Assembly (NCBI GenBank): GCA_964270895.1
Contig: OZ185438.1
Source: Podarcis filfolensis
Taxonomy: Eukaryota
DNA length: 64,000 bases
Direction: 5' to 3' (one strand)
Under the pieces are notes generated by a model that was not told where the DNA came from, made no database searches, and was given only the letters and a program-made list of their open reading frames with translations. Position 1 is the first letter of the stretch, and the number at the start of each line of letters is the position of its first letter. Position numbers and translations under genes: made by a program. Shown here piece after piece: positions 25,277 to 38,002 of this stretch.

Positions 25277-26048
25277 TATTTACACTGCTGTAGAATTTAT
25301 AAGGCTGCTTTGGGGACTGAAGGAAAATGAAACAATAGATGCTGTCCAAAAGCCAGGTGCATCTCATGCAGAAAGTGTTTATAATCAGGGCAAAGTACAG
25401 CTGATTTGAACAAGAAAGAAGTCTCTATGGAAAACCTTCTAACTTTATTATACTTCCAAACGTACACAGTATGTACTTTTAACCGTAAATCTTATCCCTG
25501 GGGAGGGAAAAAAAGATTTTAAAATGATTTCACAGATCACGGGGGGCAGTTTTTGACACTGCAGCAACAGTTTGCTGTTGACTTACAGGCTTTCTTTCTT
25601 TCAGCATCTTTTATTCCAGCCGTGTCATTTATTTCCTCTAACGAAGAGATGCATGTATCCTGCATGAGCAAAAGTTTCATTTATTTGAAATTGGATACTC
25701 CGCACTGTCGCTTTAGGCTCAAGGTGTCTTGCAAACATTAAAAACTATCAAATACAATGTAACACAATGAAATTCAGTTATTTCTCAGAACTGTATTTTT
25801 TTCCATGTTTATCCCAAAACCTTGTTACAGTTTGAAATGTCGCAACGACCATGCCTCCCAAAGCCACAGTCATATGTTGTTGCTTGTTTGTTTTCATTTT
25901 GGAAAACCAAACTGTGCAACCTTCTCTGTTTTCTTTTTGCCACTCATGAGCAGGGGTAGGGCACAACTTTTTATTTCCATTCGCTATAATGTTGCAGTGG
26001 TCTGCATCCTATAAGTTCATTTCAACTGCAAAATTAGTCAGTTTCCAG

Positions 26049-26127
26049 GCTCTATACCTGGCCATAGTTGTTGCCCTTGGACTGTATATTGCTGAGGTTC
26101 GAAACCTTTTGCCATGTTTACTTGGAG
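26049..26127 (+). CDS. Candidate exon encoding a hydrophobic segment (ALYLAIVVALGLYIAEVRNLLPCLLG)
   Basis: tttccag| acceptor and GAG|gtgagt consensus donor; only frame 0 is open; ends in phase 1. An in-frame ATG lies at 25989 if this is a first exon. Confidence 0.4.
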
Positions 26128-26630
26128 GTGAGTCGCACACATACAGGTAGTCTAAATACTGCCTTTACATTAAAGTTCCCCATCATCAACTTTCCACGTG
26201 CTCTAGACTACTCACAGCTCTACAGGTGTGGAGGCAAAATGATGGAGCCGTAAGCTGTACAACTCAGCTCTTGAATGCTCTCCTTAGGGAAGCTAACCTG
26301 GTAACTTTTCAGCATCAGCTTAAATCTTTTCTGTTCTCCCAGGCATTTTAAGACCTGGTTTTAGACCACTGTGGTCCAGTTGGCAGTTTTGATGTATTTT
26401 ATGGCTGTTTTAGTCTGCTGTGGTTTTTTTGTTTTGTTTTGTTTTTACAGTGCTTGCTTTATTGTGCTGGCTATGTGTTGGGTTTCTATGCCCTGAGACC
26501 TGCGGGTATATAAATTCAATAAATAATAAAGATGATGATAAATACATATAGATTAACATATGCACATTTTGTGCAAATTAGGAATATTTTCTGTACTCTA
26601 TTTTTCATTTCCTCTTTCTTGACACTGCAG

Positions 26631-26645
26631 AAGTGGACACCTTAG
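26631..26645 (+). CDS. Candidate 15-nt micro-exon (phase 1-1: E-V-D-T-L)
   Basis: ttttctgtactctatttttcatttcctctttcttgacactgcag|AAGTGGACACCTTAG|gtatgt: long pyrimidine tract, canonical AG/GT, length divisible by 3. Confidence 0.5.
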   Translation, partial: KWTP

Positions 26646-27138
26646 GTATGTATGTGCTTCTCCCGTGCTTGTATGTTCTTGTCTTTTATGTGTGTGACAC
26701 CTAGAGAAATTATTTTATGAGACATTTCAGATATAATAGACAAGCTCAGTTCGAATCCCCTCCTCTATCATGACTGGAGGAGTGTGGAGAGGGTTGATGG
26801 CTGAGGCTGTCCAGTCTAGTGGTTGCAATGGGTGTGATTTTAGCTAGGTTCTTTACATATTTTTGAACCAGCAAAGTGGGTGGAACCAGCCCTTGAGGAA
26901 GCGTTCCAGTGCAAATTCTAACTCAACCACTCCCCCCGCCAATCACACTCCATCTTTGTCCATTGCACACTTCATGCTAACGTTTTATGACCACATAGGT
27001 CTATGGTGGCTTGAAGTTACTTCAGCATGGCATTGTACTGTGCCATGATAATGCTCAATTGCATCAAAGGATTTTGTTGTGATCCTATTCTGCTTTGCTG
27101 ACAGGAGAGGAAAGGGTCACACAACTTGTTGCTTTCAG

Positions 27139-27260
27139 TTCAAACTGGCTTATTCACAGGTATTTACATTTCAGCTGTTGGCGTGTTCTTATTTCTCATG
27201 TTAGTCCCTTTCTTCTCTTCACAGCCCTTAAATTCTTTTCTTTGAAATTAAGCGTCTCAG
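27139..27260 (+). CDS. Candidate micro-exons 27139-27159 (21 nt) and 27225-27260 (36 nt)
   Basis: gctttcag|TTCAAACTGGCTTATTCACAG|gtattt and ccctttcttctcttcacag|CCCTTAAA..GTCTCAG|gtatgc; both frame-preserving and open in phase 1. Confidence 0.35.
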
Positions 27261-30149
27261 GTATGCAGACATATCCATCTGGTCTGTGTTATTTCTTGCT
27301 GTTTTCTACCCAAGCCTTTGGTTTTATCATCATTTATTTCCAGGTTAATTCTTCTGTTCTGGGAGAAATATTGAGAAACTTCCCGTCTTCTGCTTCCAAA
27401 CAGATTTCCGCCCCTTCCCCTGTGAAATGAAGATTATTCTTCTAATCTGCCACATTTTCCATCCAAAGTATTCTTCATCTTGAAAGATAGCATGATCTGC
27501 ATTGCCTCTGCTCATATGAGCCTCTTCTCAGGCTTCTGGGAGCCTTCTTGCTCTATCTCTGACAAGCAGCTCAGCTAGTGGGAAAGAAAGAAGTGACTTT
27601 TCTAATCACGACATCCAGGTTATAGGAATACTCTCCTGAATGGGGTTTGGCTGGGCCCCATTTTTAAACGAGCATGGAAAACAGCTACAATTCTTCTGAT
27701 ACAGTAACTTTCCACTGCAGGGAGTTTTTCATGGGGGAGGGGAGAGCATTATATGCATCTTTTTTTTATCCAAAATGGCATAGCCCCTCTATCTTGCTAT
27801 GCAATTTATTTGCTTATTAAATATTGCATGTATTGTTATACTGTAATTTTTGCAACAATATTAGGATAGAAATAATTTAATGACCCTTGGTAGAGAAAGT
27901 ACCTATCATGGGTTAGATCCAGACTACGTAGACCTATCAAAACCTACTTAAGTTAATCATTTGCTCTCCAGATGTTTTGGACTACAAATTGTATCAGCCC
28001 TTGCCAGGATACGGTGTTGATGAGAGTTGTAGTCCAAAATACCTGGACACCAGGTAGCAAAGACTGGCCTAATCAACAACATTCCTGCAATTACTTTTAA
28101 AAAAAAGGTCTTTGTTTTGCTATTACATTGCAGTTAAAGTGCAAGATCAATTGACTTGTACTTGATTTAATTCTGGTACAATCTGAAACTGATGGTTAAC
28201 TTGTTTTATTTACAGCTGCCTTTCTTATTTGGAGAGCGCCATATTTTTTGTTCTCTGCACAAGCTGGTCATTGACTGCAACAAAGTATTCATTCGTTAAC
28301 TAAAAATGTTAATTTGAAAAACAAAGTGTCAGTTCAATCCTGGGTCCAATGGCTGGATAAAATGTCCTCCTTCTTACGCTGCAGTGTGAACACAGTAGAA
28401 CACCAGTTTATTGAACTTATTTTGGGGGTGGTTTAATTCCTCTGCTGCTGGAGGCTATGGTACCAACATACCATGAAAAGAGTTATTTTCATGAGATCTG
28501 TATCCTTGTTTTGATCACTAAGGAATCTTATGACAATTTAGATAAATCTCAGCCAAACATCAGAATTATCAGGCTGTTCCCTGGATCAAATGTCTCATAC
28601 TTTTGAGGCTTTTCTACCATAAGTTTGAGACTGATCCAGACCACTAGTGGATTCAGAAAGAATATATCTATTCACACCCACTGAGGCTCTTTTTTACTTT
28701 AAAAAAGTCCCACTGAAATCAGTGGGATTCACTCCCAGATAAGCGTTTATTGGATTACAACCTAGCAGCACAATATTATTCAGGTCTACTCAGAAACAAC
28801 TTCCACTGAGTTCACTGGGACTTACTCCCAGGTAAGTGTGTACAGAAGTGCAGCATAAGAGCTCCTTCCAGAGAGGAAAAAAAACATGTTATTCCGTTCC
28901 TGTCAAAGCAGCTTGGAGAAACCGCTCAAATGTCCAACTCATGTCAAAAAGGTTGTGAGCAGAGAAAGGGATGTGTCAATCTACTCCTCTCTGCTTTGGT
29001 TTAAAATGTCATTTTTAAAACTAGGGAATCTTTTTAATGAATGCTATCCAAATGTGTGATAGGTGACATTAGCATGACTGTCAGCTTTTCATACAATTGC
29101 TGGATTCTAGTTATTTTCATAGAGGAAATGTTCATTTCTTTGATTTTAATGGTGAAGGCAACTGCTGGAATGATTATCTTAAACATAGAAAACAGACTCC
29201 CCCCTCTCCCCTCACGAAAGTATGTTTGTCTTTTCAAATCATGATATGAGAGTTGATGCTTTGTTTTCTTGGTAGTGCAATCTTTTCAACTGATAGTTAA
29301 TGCTTCAGGATTGTATTAAAGATACAAGGACTTATATTAAAGATAACTGATACTTTGGGCTTTTATTAAATATGCTCTTTCAAAACCATTCCTTTTTCAT
29401 AACCAGTATACAGATTTGTCTGAATTCTTCCTAAAGCAACAAATATGAGAATGACAAGAGAAACTGCATAGATACTCCTCTGAGTTTGGCAACTTTCTCT
29501 TTAGCCTTGCTACATCTTAAGCAAAGAGAGGTAAAGCTGAAAGAGCAGTGAAACTTAGGTGAAGTATTTTCACCTAAAATATCACTGTCCAGTGTGGGAG
29601 GGGGCGACCCTGCTTTCTTTTATATGGCAAACATTAAGATTATTAGAAAAATGCTCCCATGTTTCTCATTAATCTTTCTGCAATGCTAAAACAAGCACCA
29701 TTATCCTAAACCGGCTATTTTTTTCTGGCCTGTGGGCTTTAATAGGTACCCTGAACTCTCCCACCTAGAAGAGTTTCCTTATTCTTTCCAATAGCAGCTG
29801 GCAGATTTTCACAATTTACTTTGCAGTGTGTTAGCAGATAGGGCTAATTGCACAATATACTGAAATTTCAGCCTGGCCCAAGGAAACAATTTAACAAATG
29901 GTTAATTTGTACTAATCACCTTGATTTTATTTATTTTTTTGTACTGAGAATCTTTCCTGATCAGGACTGGATATAAATGCATGACAACAAACAAACATGA
30001 ATCCAGTTAAAATTTAATTTCAGCAACAGTTCTTTTAATATGTAAATATGGCATCAGTTGTGGACTTTGGTCTTTCAAATTTCAGCATTGCAATGTGAGA
30101 GGCCAAAATTCAGCATCTCTTGCCTCTTGCTTTCCATTCTACTCAATTC

Positions 30150-30633
30150 ACTCTTAAGGACCACCTGCTTTCAGAATTCCCTGATAACATCGAGGAACAC
30201 TGGACCAAACTAAAAACATCCATTATTGCAGCCTGTGAACAAACTATTGGATACCAAACCAAGAAACACCAGGACTGGTTTGATGAGAATGACAGTGAGC
30301 TTGAACGCATGATTGACAAGAAAAGGAAGGCCTTTCAGATCTAGCAAAGAGATAGAAACTGTGCCACTAAGAAAAAAACCTATGCCACCGCTAAGGCTGA
30401 GGTTCAAAGAAGAACCAGAGAACTAAAAAACACCTGGTAGATAAAAAAAACCTTAGGAAATCCAGCACTTAGCTGACACTCATGACACACAGAGTTTCTT
30501 TAAAGCCACAAAGAACGTCTATGGACCAATAAATCATGGTGTATGCCCCCTACACTCAGCAGACAGTATCACACTTCTAAAAGATAAAGAAGCTATTGCA
30601 CTGCTCTGGAAAGAACATTACCAACATCTCCTT
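30150..30633 (+). mobile_element. RTE-clade LINE ORF fragment (region between endonuclease and RT)
   Basis: IEEHWTKLKTSIIAACEQTIGYQTKKHQDWFDEND..KRKAF..KAEVQRRTRELKN..FFKATKNVYGP..LLKDKEAIALLWKEHYQHLL with stops and frameshifts. Confidence 0.85.
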
Positions 30634-31202
30634 ATAAATATAAAACAAAAACGAATATGAATCCAATAATATTGACTTCCTAGAAAGTATGCTTACAACT
30701 GGAGCTTTAGTGGAAGCACACATAATGGTAAACTGATTCTCTTGGTTAAAATAATAAATACGTTTGTGATTCCCACCCCCCGGCAAAAAAAATAAAATTG
30801 ATTTATCCTGCATAAATTTGTCACTAGAGCTTAGTGACAGATGTACAATGTGTTTCATATTGTCTTCTTTTTGCACACCATGCCAGTTGATAGGGGTTAT
30901 GCATTATGCAATTTTATGGAACCCTTTGTGGTCGCCATGTGTTACTGGGAACTACGGCGTGTGCAGAAGACTTAAACTGCAGCAGCCATACTTGCCAAAT
31001 GTTTTAGACAAAATCATGATCATTTGCACTGAATTTGTCTTTATCAAAATCTGCTCTTCATGCCCTGCAGATGATATTTCTAGACCGAAGTAGAACAATC
31101 TGAATGGTTAGTTCAGACCGATGTAAGAATGACATGTCCTGAAGGGAATTTACTTTTGTGTTTTGGTGTGATGGCCAAAACAACAAATAAAATAAATGAT
31201 AG

Positions 31203-31370
31203 TGAACATAAGATGAGTCTGCTGAATCAGGCCAATGGCCCTTCTAGTCCAGCATCCTCTTCTCACAGGCTGGCTGACCACATGCTTGTGGGAAGCTTGC
31301 AAGCTGCACATGAGTGCAAGAGCACTCTGCTCAGCTGTGATTCACGGCAACTGGTATTCAGAGGCATATT
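31203..31370 (-). mobile_element. CR1-type 3' tail fragment
   Basis: ctgctgaatcaggccaatggcccttctagtccagcatcc, the common reverse-complement CR1 3' end motif in lizards. Confidence 0.55.
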
Positions 31371-33064
31371 AGATTACTTTGCATTTTCCACATTCTCCGC
31401 CCCCTCCCTGCAACTTCATGGTTTGGCTCACATGCCTGAGTTGCCTGGAGTGATTTGCTCTTTAGGCATATTTATTGTGATACACCTTTTCTTAGCTTCT
31501 GGCATACTGTTGCTTGGATTGCATTGAGTGGATGCAAACTAGGTTAGTTCTTACTAGAGATCAATGCAACTTGCATCATGATGACAAACTTTTACCAGTG
31601 ATTTAAATGGGAACCAAGTACAATCTCCAGAGTAATCCTACTGAAGAACTAGGGAAGCACAGAGCAGTTGATATTTCACTACATTCAAAATCCCACTTGC
31701 TTATGCCAGCCAGCCAGAATGGGGCAGTTTTTTTTTCTTATTTTTACAGGGCCATGAGGGGGAATGAGGATTTGACCCTTTGCGGGGTTCATGGAGCTTT
31801 GGATCTAGAGAAGCCAATGTCTCCAATCCTCTGCTACTACTTGCAGGGGAACCAGAGGCAATAACTTCTCATCCACCGTGACAAAACTAGAGGCCTCCAT
31901 CACAGTGGACACTGCTGACCAATGGTAGCAGAGAAGCAATGAATGCACTGTTCTGCACCCTTCCCCCAGCCATCTACACAGGGAGATTAGGATGCCACTC
32001 TATTTAACCTTGAATCCAATACAGAGAGTCGGTGTCAATTGTGTGACTTGATTTTCTGGTTTTAATTTACACATGATGTCTTCTCCCATTCCAGGTTTGT
32101 AAGCACAGTCCCAAAGTCTCCAGATGTTACCTTCAAACATTATCCAGCTCATTTTGTCATTGTTTTCTCAATATTTTCCATTTAGAATCTGGGATGAAAT
32201 GTTGCCAACGTCAGCATGTCTCCAGTGGAATGTCCCAAATATATTTTCCAACGGTAAGGATCTCTGATAGAAGGACTGAGAAAGACTTTGGAGAGCTTCT
32301 GCCAGTCAGAGCTGAAAAGGCATGGCTTACAGAGATCAGGAGTAAGACAGTTCCTACCTTTAGGCTTTCAGTCTAATAGACATGGCACATGAGGGAAAAT
32401 AAATGGGGTGAGGAAAGGATATAAAGTAAGCATAGGTACCAGTTTTAAAATTTAACAATTTTTTAAGCAACCAGTTGGGATGGAATTGGTTCAGGTAGCC
32501 TGATGGAATAGCTGCCACTAGGGGACAGTTGAAGGAGGATCAAAAGCAACGAGTCTCTCAAGAGAAGTGCTCAAATAGTGCTGCTTTTACTTCATCTGCA
32601 GCCTGATAGAATGGCTGCTTTTAGGTAACACTCCACAATTCCCTGATCAGTGAGAATTCCCAATAAAGTGCAAGTAGGTTTGCTTTCTTTTGGAAATGTG
32701 AACATGGGATTTATGGCATTTTTGAGATATTTTCTTTATTTACAAAGTCAAGTGTAAGCAGAGTCAAACAGCAGGCACTTCTGCAAGGCACAAAAGTCTT
32801 TGCCCCACATCAGATTCCCAGAAAGAAGGCCTGCGCTTTCCACAAAATCACATACCCCCCCCACCTCACCCTTCCTTCTCCCAAACAGCTGCTGCTTCAC
32901 TTACTTATACCTTACATCAGCCCCTTCCTCTTAGCTAGAAGAGAAGCTCATTTCTGAAGGCCCTGACAGCTACTGAGATTAATATAAGGAGAGATCCTCT
33001 GGTTAGAAGGGAAACTCTTCTAACAATTAGTTCCCATGAAGAAACATTAACTGACCATTCTGAA

Positions 33065-33840
33065 CAATCTAGACTAAGGAATCCATGGCCCAGAGTCATC
33101 ACCTATTTAACAGTGTGCAAAAAAATAAGGTGCCATATAGCTTTGTGTTGATTACAGGACTTTAAACCAATGCCTTGCCTTGAATAGATGGTGGATCAGG
33201 CAGTTTGACTGGAAGTTAGTAGTATTCAGGACTGGATCTCGTGTGCAGCTACCATTAAATTCCTATGGCAGAAGGAGATAGTGCGCAAATTGCTCTCATC
33301 TGTTTTCTGGGCATCTATCCAGTTTGAAAGGATGTCTCAAGTACTAACTGGGCTCCAGCTACATTTTAAAAACTGATGGAGAAAGTTGCGGGAGCATGAA
33401 ATTCCTTGAAGTACTTGTGTATCTTGAAGACTCAATAGTATTTGGTAGGACAATAGAAGAACATGAGATCTGTTTGATGAAAGTTCTCAGTTGTTTGGGA
33501 GCAACGCACCATGCTAGTCTAAATGGCCTTGGTGAAGTATAAAGACTATTTCGAGACAAGCCATCCTGCGGCATTCACAAGCAGAAAACTGTCTGGCTCA
33601 GAATGAAGCTGTGTCCAGTACATCAACAAGACCTTTTTACATTGAAATGGTCGTTGTTGGATAAGGTTCGTGATCCTCTGTATGGGGCCAGATTTACTGT
33701 GTATAAAGATAATAATCTACTCATATGCATTTTACACATGCCAAATGCAGTTCCATGGGACATTGATCCCATGCTGCTTGGTTGACATATGGGTTTAATT
33801 TTTAGTATTGTGCTGGCAGGAACAACATAGGTATCTGAAG
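33065..33840 (+). mobile_element. Decayed Ty3/Gypsy pol relic (RT plus RNase H)
   Basis: Ordered frameshifted motifs: LCVDYRTLN (33141-33167), GLDL..IPMAE, FERMSQ, APATF*KLMEKVAG, EVLVYLEDSIVFGRTIEEHE (YxDD position 33420-33431), AFTSRKLSGSE, LKWSLLDKVRDPLYGARFTVYKDNN. Confidence 0.85.
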
Positions 33841-33980
33841 AAGTGTGCATGCACACAAAAGCTTATACCCAGAACAAACTTAGTTGTGCTACTGGACATT
33901 TTAAAAATTTTTAAATTTATTTTGACTGTGTCAGACCAACATGGCTACCTACCTAAACATAGGTGTTGTTACTTTATCTT

Positions 33981-34125
33981 AAAGGTAAAGGTAAAGGACC
34001 CCTGACAGTTAAGTCCAGTCGTGAAAGACTCTGGGGTTGCGGTGCTCATCTCACTTTACTGGCCGAGGGAGCCGACGTTTGTCCACAGACAGTTTTTCCG
34101 AGTCATGTGGCGTGCTTTCGAACTG
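33981..34125 (-). mobile_element. Sauria SINE 3' fragment with internal deletion
   Basis: aaaggtaaaggtaaaggacccctgacagttaagtccagtc...tcatgtggc joined directly to gtgctttcgaactgc. Confidence 0.8.
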
Positions 34126-34744
34126 CAAACACTTAATGAAGACATGGTGGTTTCTTGGACTGAAGAAGCCATTGAAGGAATCAAGGTACTCTGTCAATAG
34201 ATGAGTGTAGCAGGAGTAGTTAATCAGCTGGCACTTCTCCAGGGCAGTTCCTCTTGTACTTCTGCCACGACATTAAAATGAATAATCTACCTAATTTGAA
34301 GAAAGAAGATTTGCAGCATGTGCAACCAAAGGACTGTAACCCTGCTGATGCTTGGTGACCAAATCAAATCAAAAGTGTATCCCGTGCTATAAAATTTAAG
34401 CATCCTCATGGAGGACTCTTTCTAAGGGAATAGGGTAGGCTAATTTTAAAATATGATTTACATCACCACTAAGGATTTAAATGCCCAGTATCATCATGAA
34501 GGCTGTGCATTCCACAGTGGCACTGCTGAGATTTCAGGAATGATACCTCGGTAGTATTGTCACTGTGTAATGCAAAGTCTTCATGATGATTCTAGATAGT
34601 TAGGTGAGAGCTGAGAGCAGAACGGGGACAAAAGGTGGACAAACTGCTGTTATTTATCCTATCCCCACTTAGGAAGCACACCCACATCATCTCCAAACTA
34701 AGATGACTGACCAAAGCTCTATGCAGAAGTCAGCATTTATTTCA

Positions 34745-36143
34745 TTTCCTGGTTTTGGGTCCAAGACAGCTCTGGTCACCCTAACAGATTATCTCTGCAG
34801 ACAACTGGATCGAGGCGGGTCAGGACTGCTGATTCTCTTAGATTTGTCAGCAGCCTTTGGCATGGTCGATCACGATCTTTTGGACCACCACCTCACCAAC
34901 ATGGGGATACAGGGCATAGCCCATAAATGGCTGTGCTCTTTTATCTCTGGTCAGGGACAGAGGGTGGCACTAGGGAGGGAGATGTTGTCGCGCCACTCCA
35001 TGGTGTGTGGAGTGCCGCAGGGCGCAATTCTTTCCCCAATGCTTTTAAACATCTTTATGCGCCCTCTTGCTCAGATTGTCCGGAGCTTTGGGCTGGGTTG
35101 CCACCAATATGCTGATGACACTCAGCTCTATCTGCTGATGGATGGCCACACCGACTCGGCCCCGAACACACTGACCAGATGCTTGGAAGCTGTGGCTGGA
35201 TGGTTTCGTGGGAGCCGATTGAAACTAAATCCTTCGAAGACAGAGGTCCTCTGGCTGGGTCGGGATGGTATGGGGATGAGGGACCAACTCCCTTCTCTTG
35301 TGGGGGCCCAATTAGTGCCATTGCCTTCCGTTAAGAGTTTGGGTGTAATCCTTGACGCCCCCCTTTCCATGGAGGCACAGGTTACAGCAACAGCCAAGGT
35401 GACATTTTTCCACCTTCACCGCATCAAGCAGTTGGTCCCTTACCTTTCCTGCCCTGACCTGCCCACAGTGATCCATGTGACGGTCACCTCCAGGCTTGAC
35501 TGCTGTAATTTGCTCTATGCAGGGCTGCCCTTGAAGCTGTCCCAGAAACTCCAGCGGGTGCAGAATGCTGCAGCGAGGCTCCTCACAGGATCTCTGCCAT
35601 GGGAGCATATTCACCCAGTGCTTTTCCAGCTGCACTGGCTCCCTGTGGAGTACAGGGTCAGATTTAAGGTGCTGGTTTTGACCTTTAAAGCCCTTCATGG
35701 CCTAGGACCCTCCTACCTATGGGACTGCCTCTCCTGGTATGCCCCACAGAGGACCTTAAGGTCCATATATAGCAACACCCTAGAGGTCCGGGGCCCTAAG
35801 GAAGTTAGATTAGCCTCAACCAGAGCCAGGGCCTTCTCAACAATGGTGTGGTGGAACGCTCTGTCTCATGAGACCAGGGCCCTGCGGGATCTGATTTCTT
35901 TCTGCAGGGCCTGTAAGACAGAGTTGTTCCGCCTGGCCTTTGGCTTGGAATCCCTCCCCCTCTTTCTTTTTCCTTTCTCCTCCTGTGAAGAGGCTGCATC
36001 CTAATGTTTTAATGTTGTTTTTTAATCTTTTTTAAATTGTATTTTAATCAACTTGTTTTTATTATTGGTTGTTAGCCGCCCCGGGCCCAGTCTTGGCTGG
36101 GGAGGGCGGGGTATAAATAAAAAATTATTATGATTATTATGAT
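34745..36143 (+). mobile_element. L2-clade LINE, 5'-truncated, RT frame open (ORF 34703-36004)
   Basis: PGFGSKTAL, LLILLDLSAAFGMVDH, GVPQGAILSPMLLNI, YADDTQLY (35108), SRLDCCN, LQRVQNAAARLL, LHWLPV..FKVL; 3' UTR with gccgcccc..gggcggggtataaataa and (tta/tga)n tail. No endonuclease domain or ORF1. Confidence 0.95.
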
Positions 36144-36427
36144 TTCTTTCCATTTGATCATTTGCTCTCCTCTTCCTTTCCCAATGAAGGAATGATTTTT
36201 GAGGCCGAAAAAAGACGTTAGCTTATAAGAAAATAGCACAATTTATCCATGCCCTTCATCTCCCTTACTCTCCTGAAGTCACTTTGAATTAGATTTCCTT
36301 TTTATAAAGGTCTTTTGATTTGTGTGTGTGTGTGTGACTGTGCTTTTCTCATTTGAGGGAACTGTAAAGGGTGAAATTCTGACCCTGCAAGAAGTCAAGG
36401 GGATTTAAAAGTAATTGAGTATAGTGC

Positions 36428-36428
36428 C

Positions 36429-36461
<33 letters not shown>

Positions 36462-36462
36462 T
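36428..36462. repeat. (GT)11(GC)5 alternating purine-pyrimidine tract
   Basis: Direct read. Confidence 0.9.
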
Positions 36463-38002
36463 AAGGATTTCACCTAAAGGGTTATGATCACCCAGCATTT
36501 ATTTAAAAAAAGGAAGGAAGGAAGGAAGGAAAAAGGTCTCTCCAGAAGATGTTTTATATTAATTTAAGTATTTGTTACTGGATAATGTCAGGCTCTCTCT
36601 CAATGAAATGTCTTGCGTGGACTGCCACACCTGCTAAATATAACCCCCTCTTTCTTTTGAAATTCTATAAAGAGGCCTTTAAAGGTTTACATCCTCCAAT
36701 CTGGAGGTTTAATTGCTTCATTTATAGTTTTTTTTAAAAGGCCTTGTAAATTTCAGAATTTTGGATATTTCAAAGATGAAGCGGCTGTTCAGTGAGGGCA
36801 TGAGGACTGAAATTTGAAACAATTCACTGTGTTAAATAGAGCATTGATTCTATTATGAAGAGGGTGGGGGCAGGGTAGGAGCTCCTGTTTCTCATTCTAC
36901 GAGTTCTTGGGGTGGATATTTTGTGCACTGATTTTATTGCTTACGGGCAAGTTCAGTATGAATAAGTAGCATGGGCTCACCATGGTAAGTGCACACTGGG
37001 GAGGAAGTGATAGATTCTGTTTTATATAAGGTAGTTGAGAATGATTACATACACTAATATACTTTAATCTACATAAACCATAAATCTAATATAAAGCGGA
37101 TACCCCAAAAACAATTTTATTAACAGAAAGCAGGGCAAAAGCTGAAAGTATATGATAATTTTCTATTTACTTTGAATCTTTGTCCAGAAAGAATAACCAT
37201 AGCTGTTGATTAGATTGACATATAGAAAAAATATATAATATATGACCTTTACAAGCAGTAAGTGTGATCTTTCTCTTTCTAGGGAACAGCTGCCTCTGAG
37301 ACTGCTTAACTACTCTGCATCAGCAAGGTGCCATTTGGAAGTTTAATCTATCGTATGTTGGAGTATGAGATTCATTGATTGCCACCACAACCTTTTGGGG
37401 CCTGTGAATGCATTTGCAAACTGGAGAAACTATTGTGGACACCACACACCAGTCTAATTTCACCAGAGGAGGGGACCGTGTGGGCACCAGGAAAAGCCTC
37501 TGGGCACTATGCTGGTGACCCCCAGCCTAAACTTAAGCTGGTAACCTCTGGCCTAAACTTAAGCAGGCAAGACCTCCTACATCAGGACAGTTAAACCCAT
37601 GGCAGTCAGAGGTGCTATGTCTCCCTTGCCAATACAGGCTCACTGTAACACTGTAACATCCAAGTAGGTCAACCAATGATTCCAGAGAGCAATGAAAACA
37701 GAGCATTCAGAAGTCCAAATGGAAAGGTCAACAACTACAGAGGGACCCCCTAATCTAAAATAGTTACTCACAAGCAACAGCAAGCCACCCAAGAAAGACA
37801 GAAGCACAGGGACCAGATCCTGCAATGAATCCAGGTGCTGACTCTGACCCCACTGAGGTAGCACCAAGTTAGCCATTACATCGAGGGTTCATTCACCTGC
37901 TCACCTTCCAACATGATATATACTATCATCTGCCAGCAGTGCCTTTCTGCATTCAACACAGTACAAAGAGGTTAGTTTCTCTCTCTCTCCATACATGTAC
38001 AC

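Noticed and set aside
22913-33840. Solo LTR and Gypsy pol relic as parts of one element
   Set aside because: They are 10 kb apart, the LTR has its own near-matching TSD and is far less decayed, and there is no second LTR.
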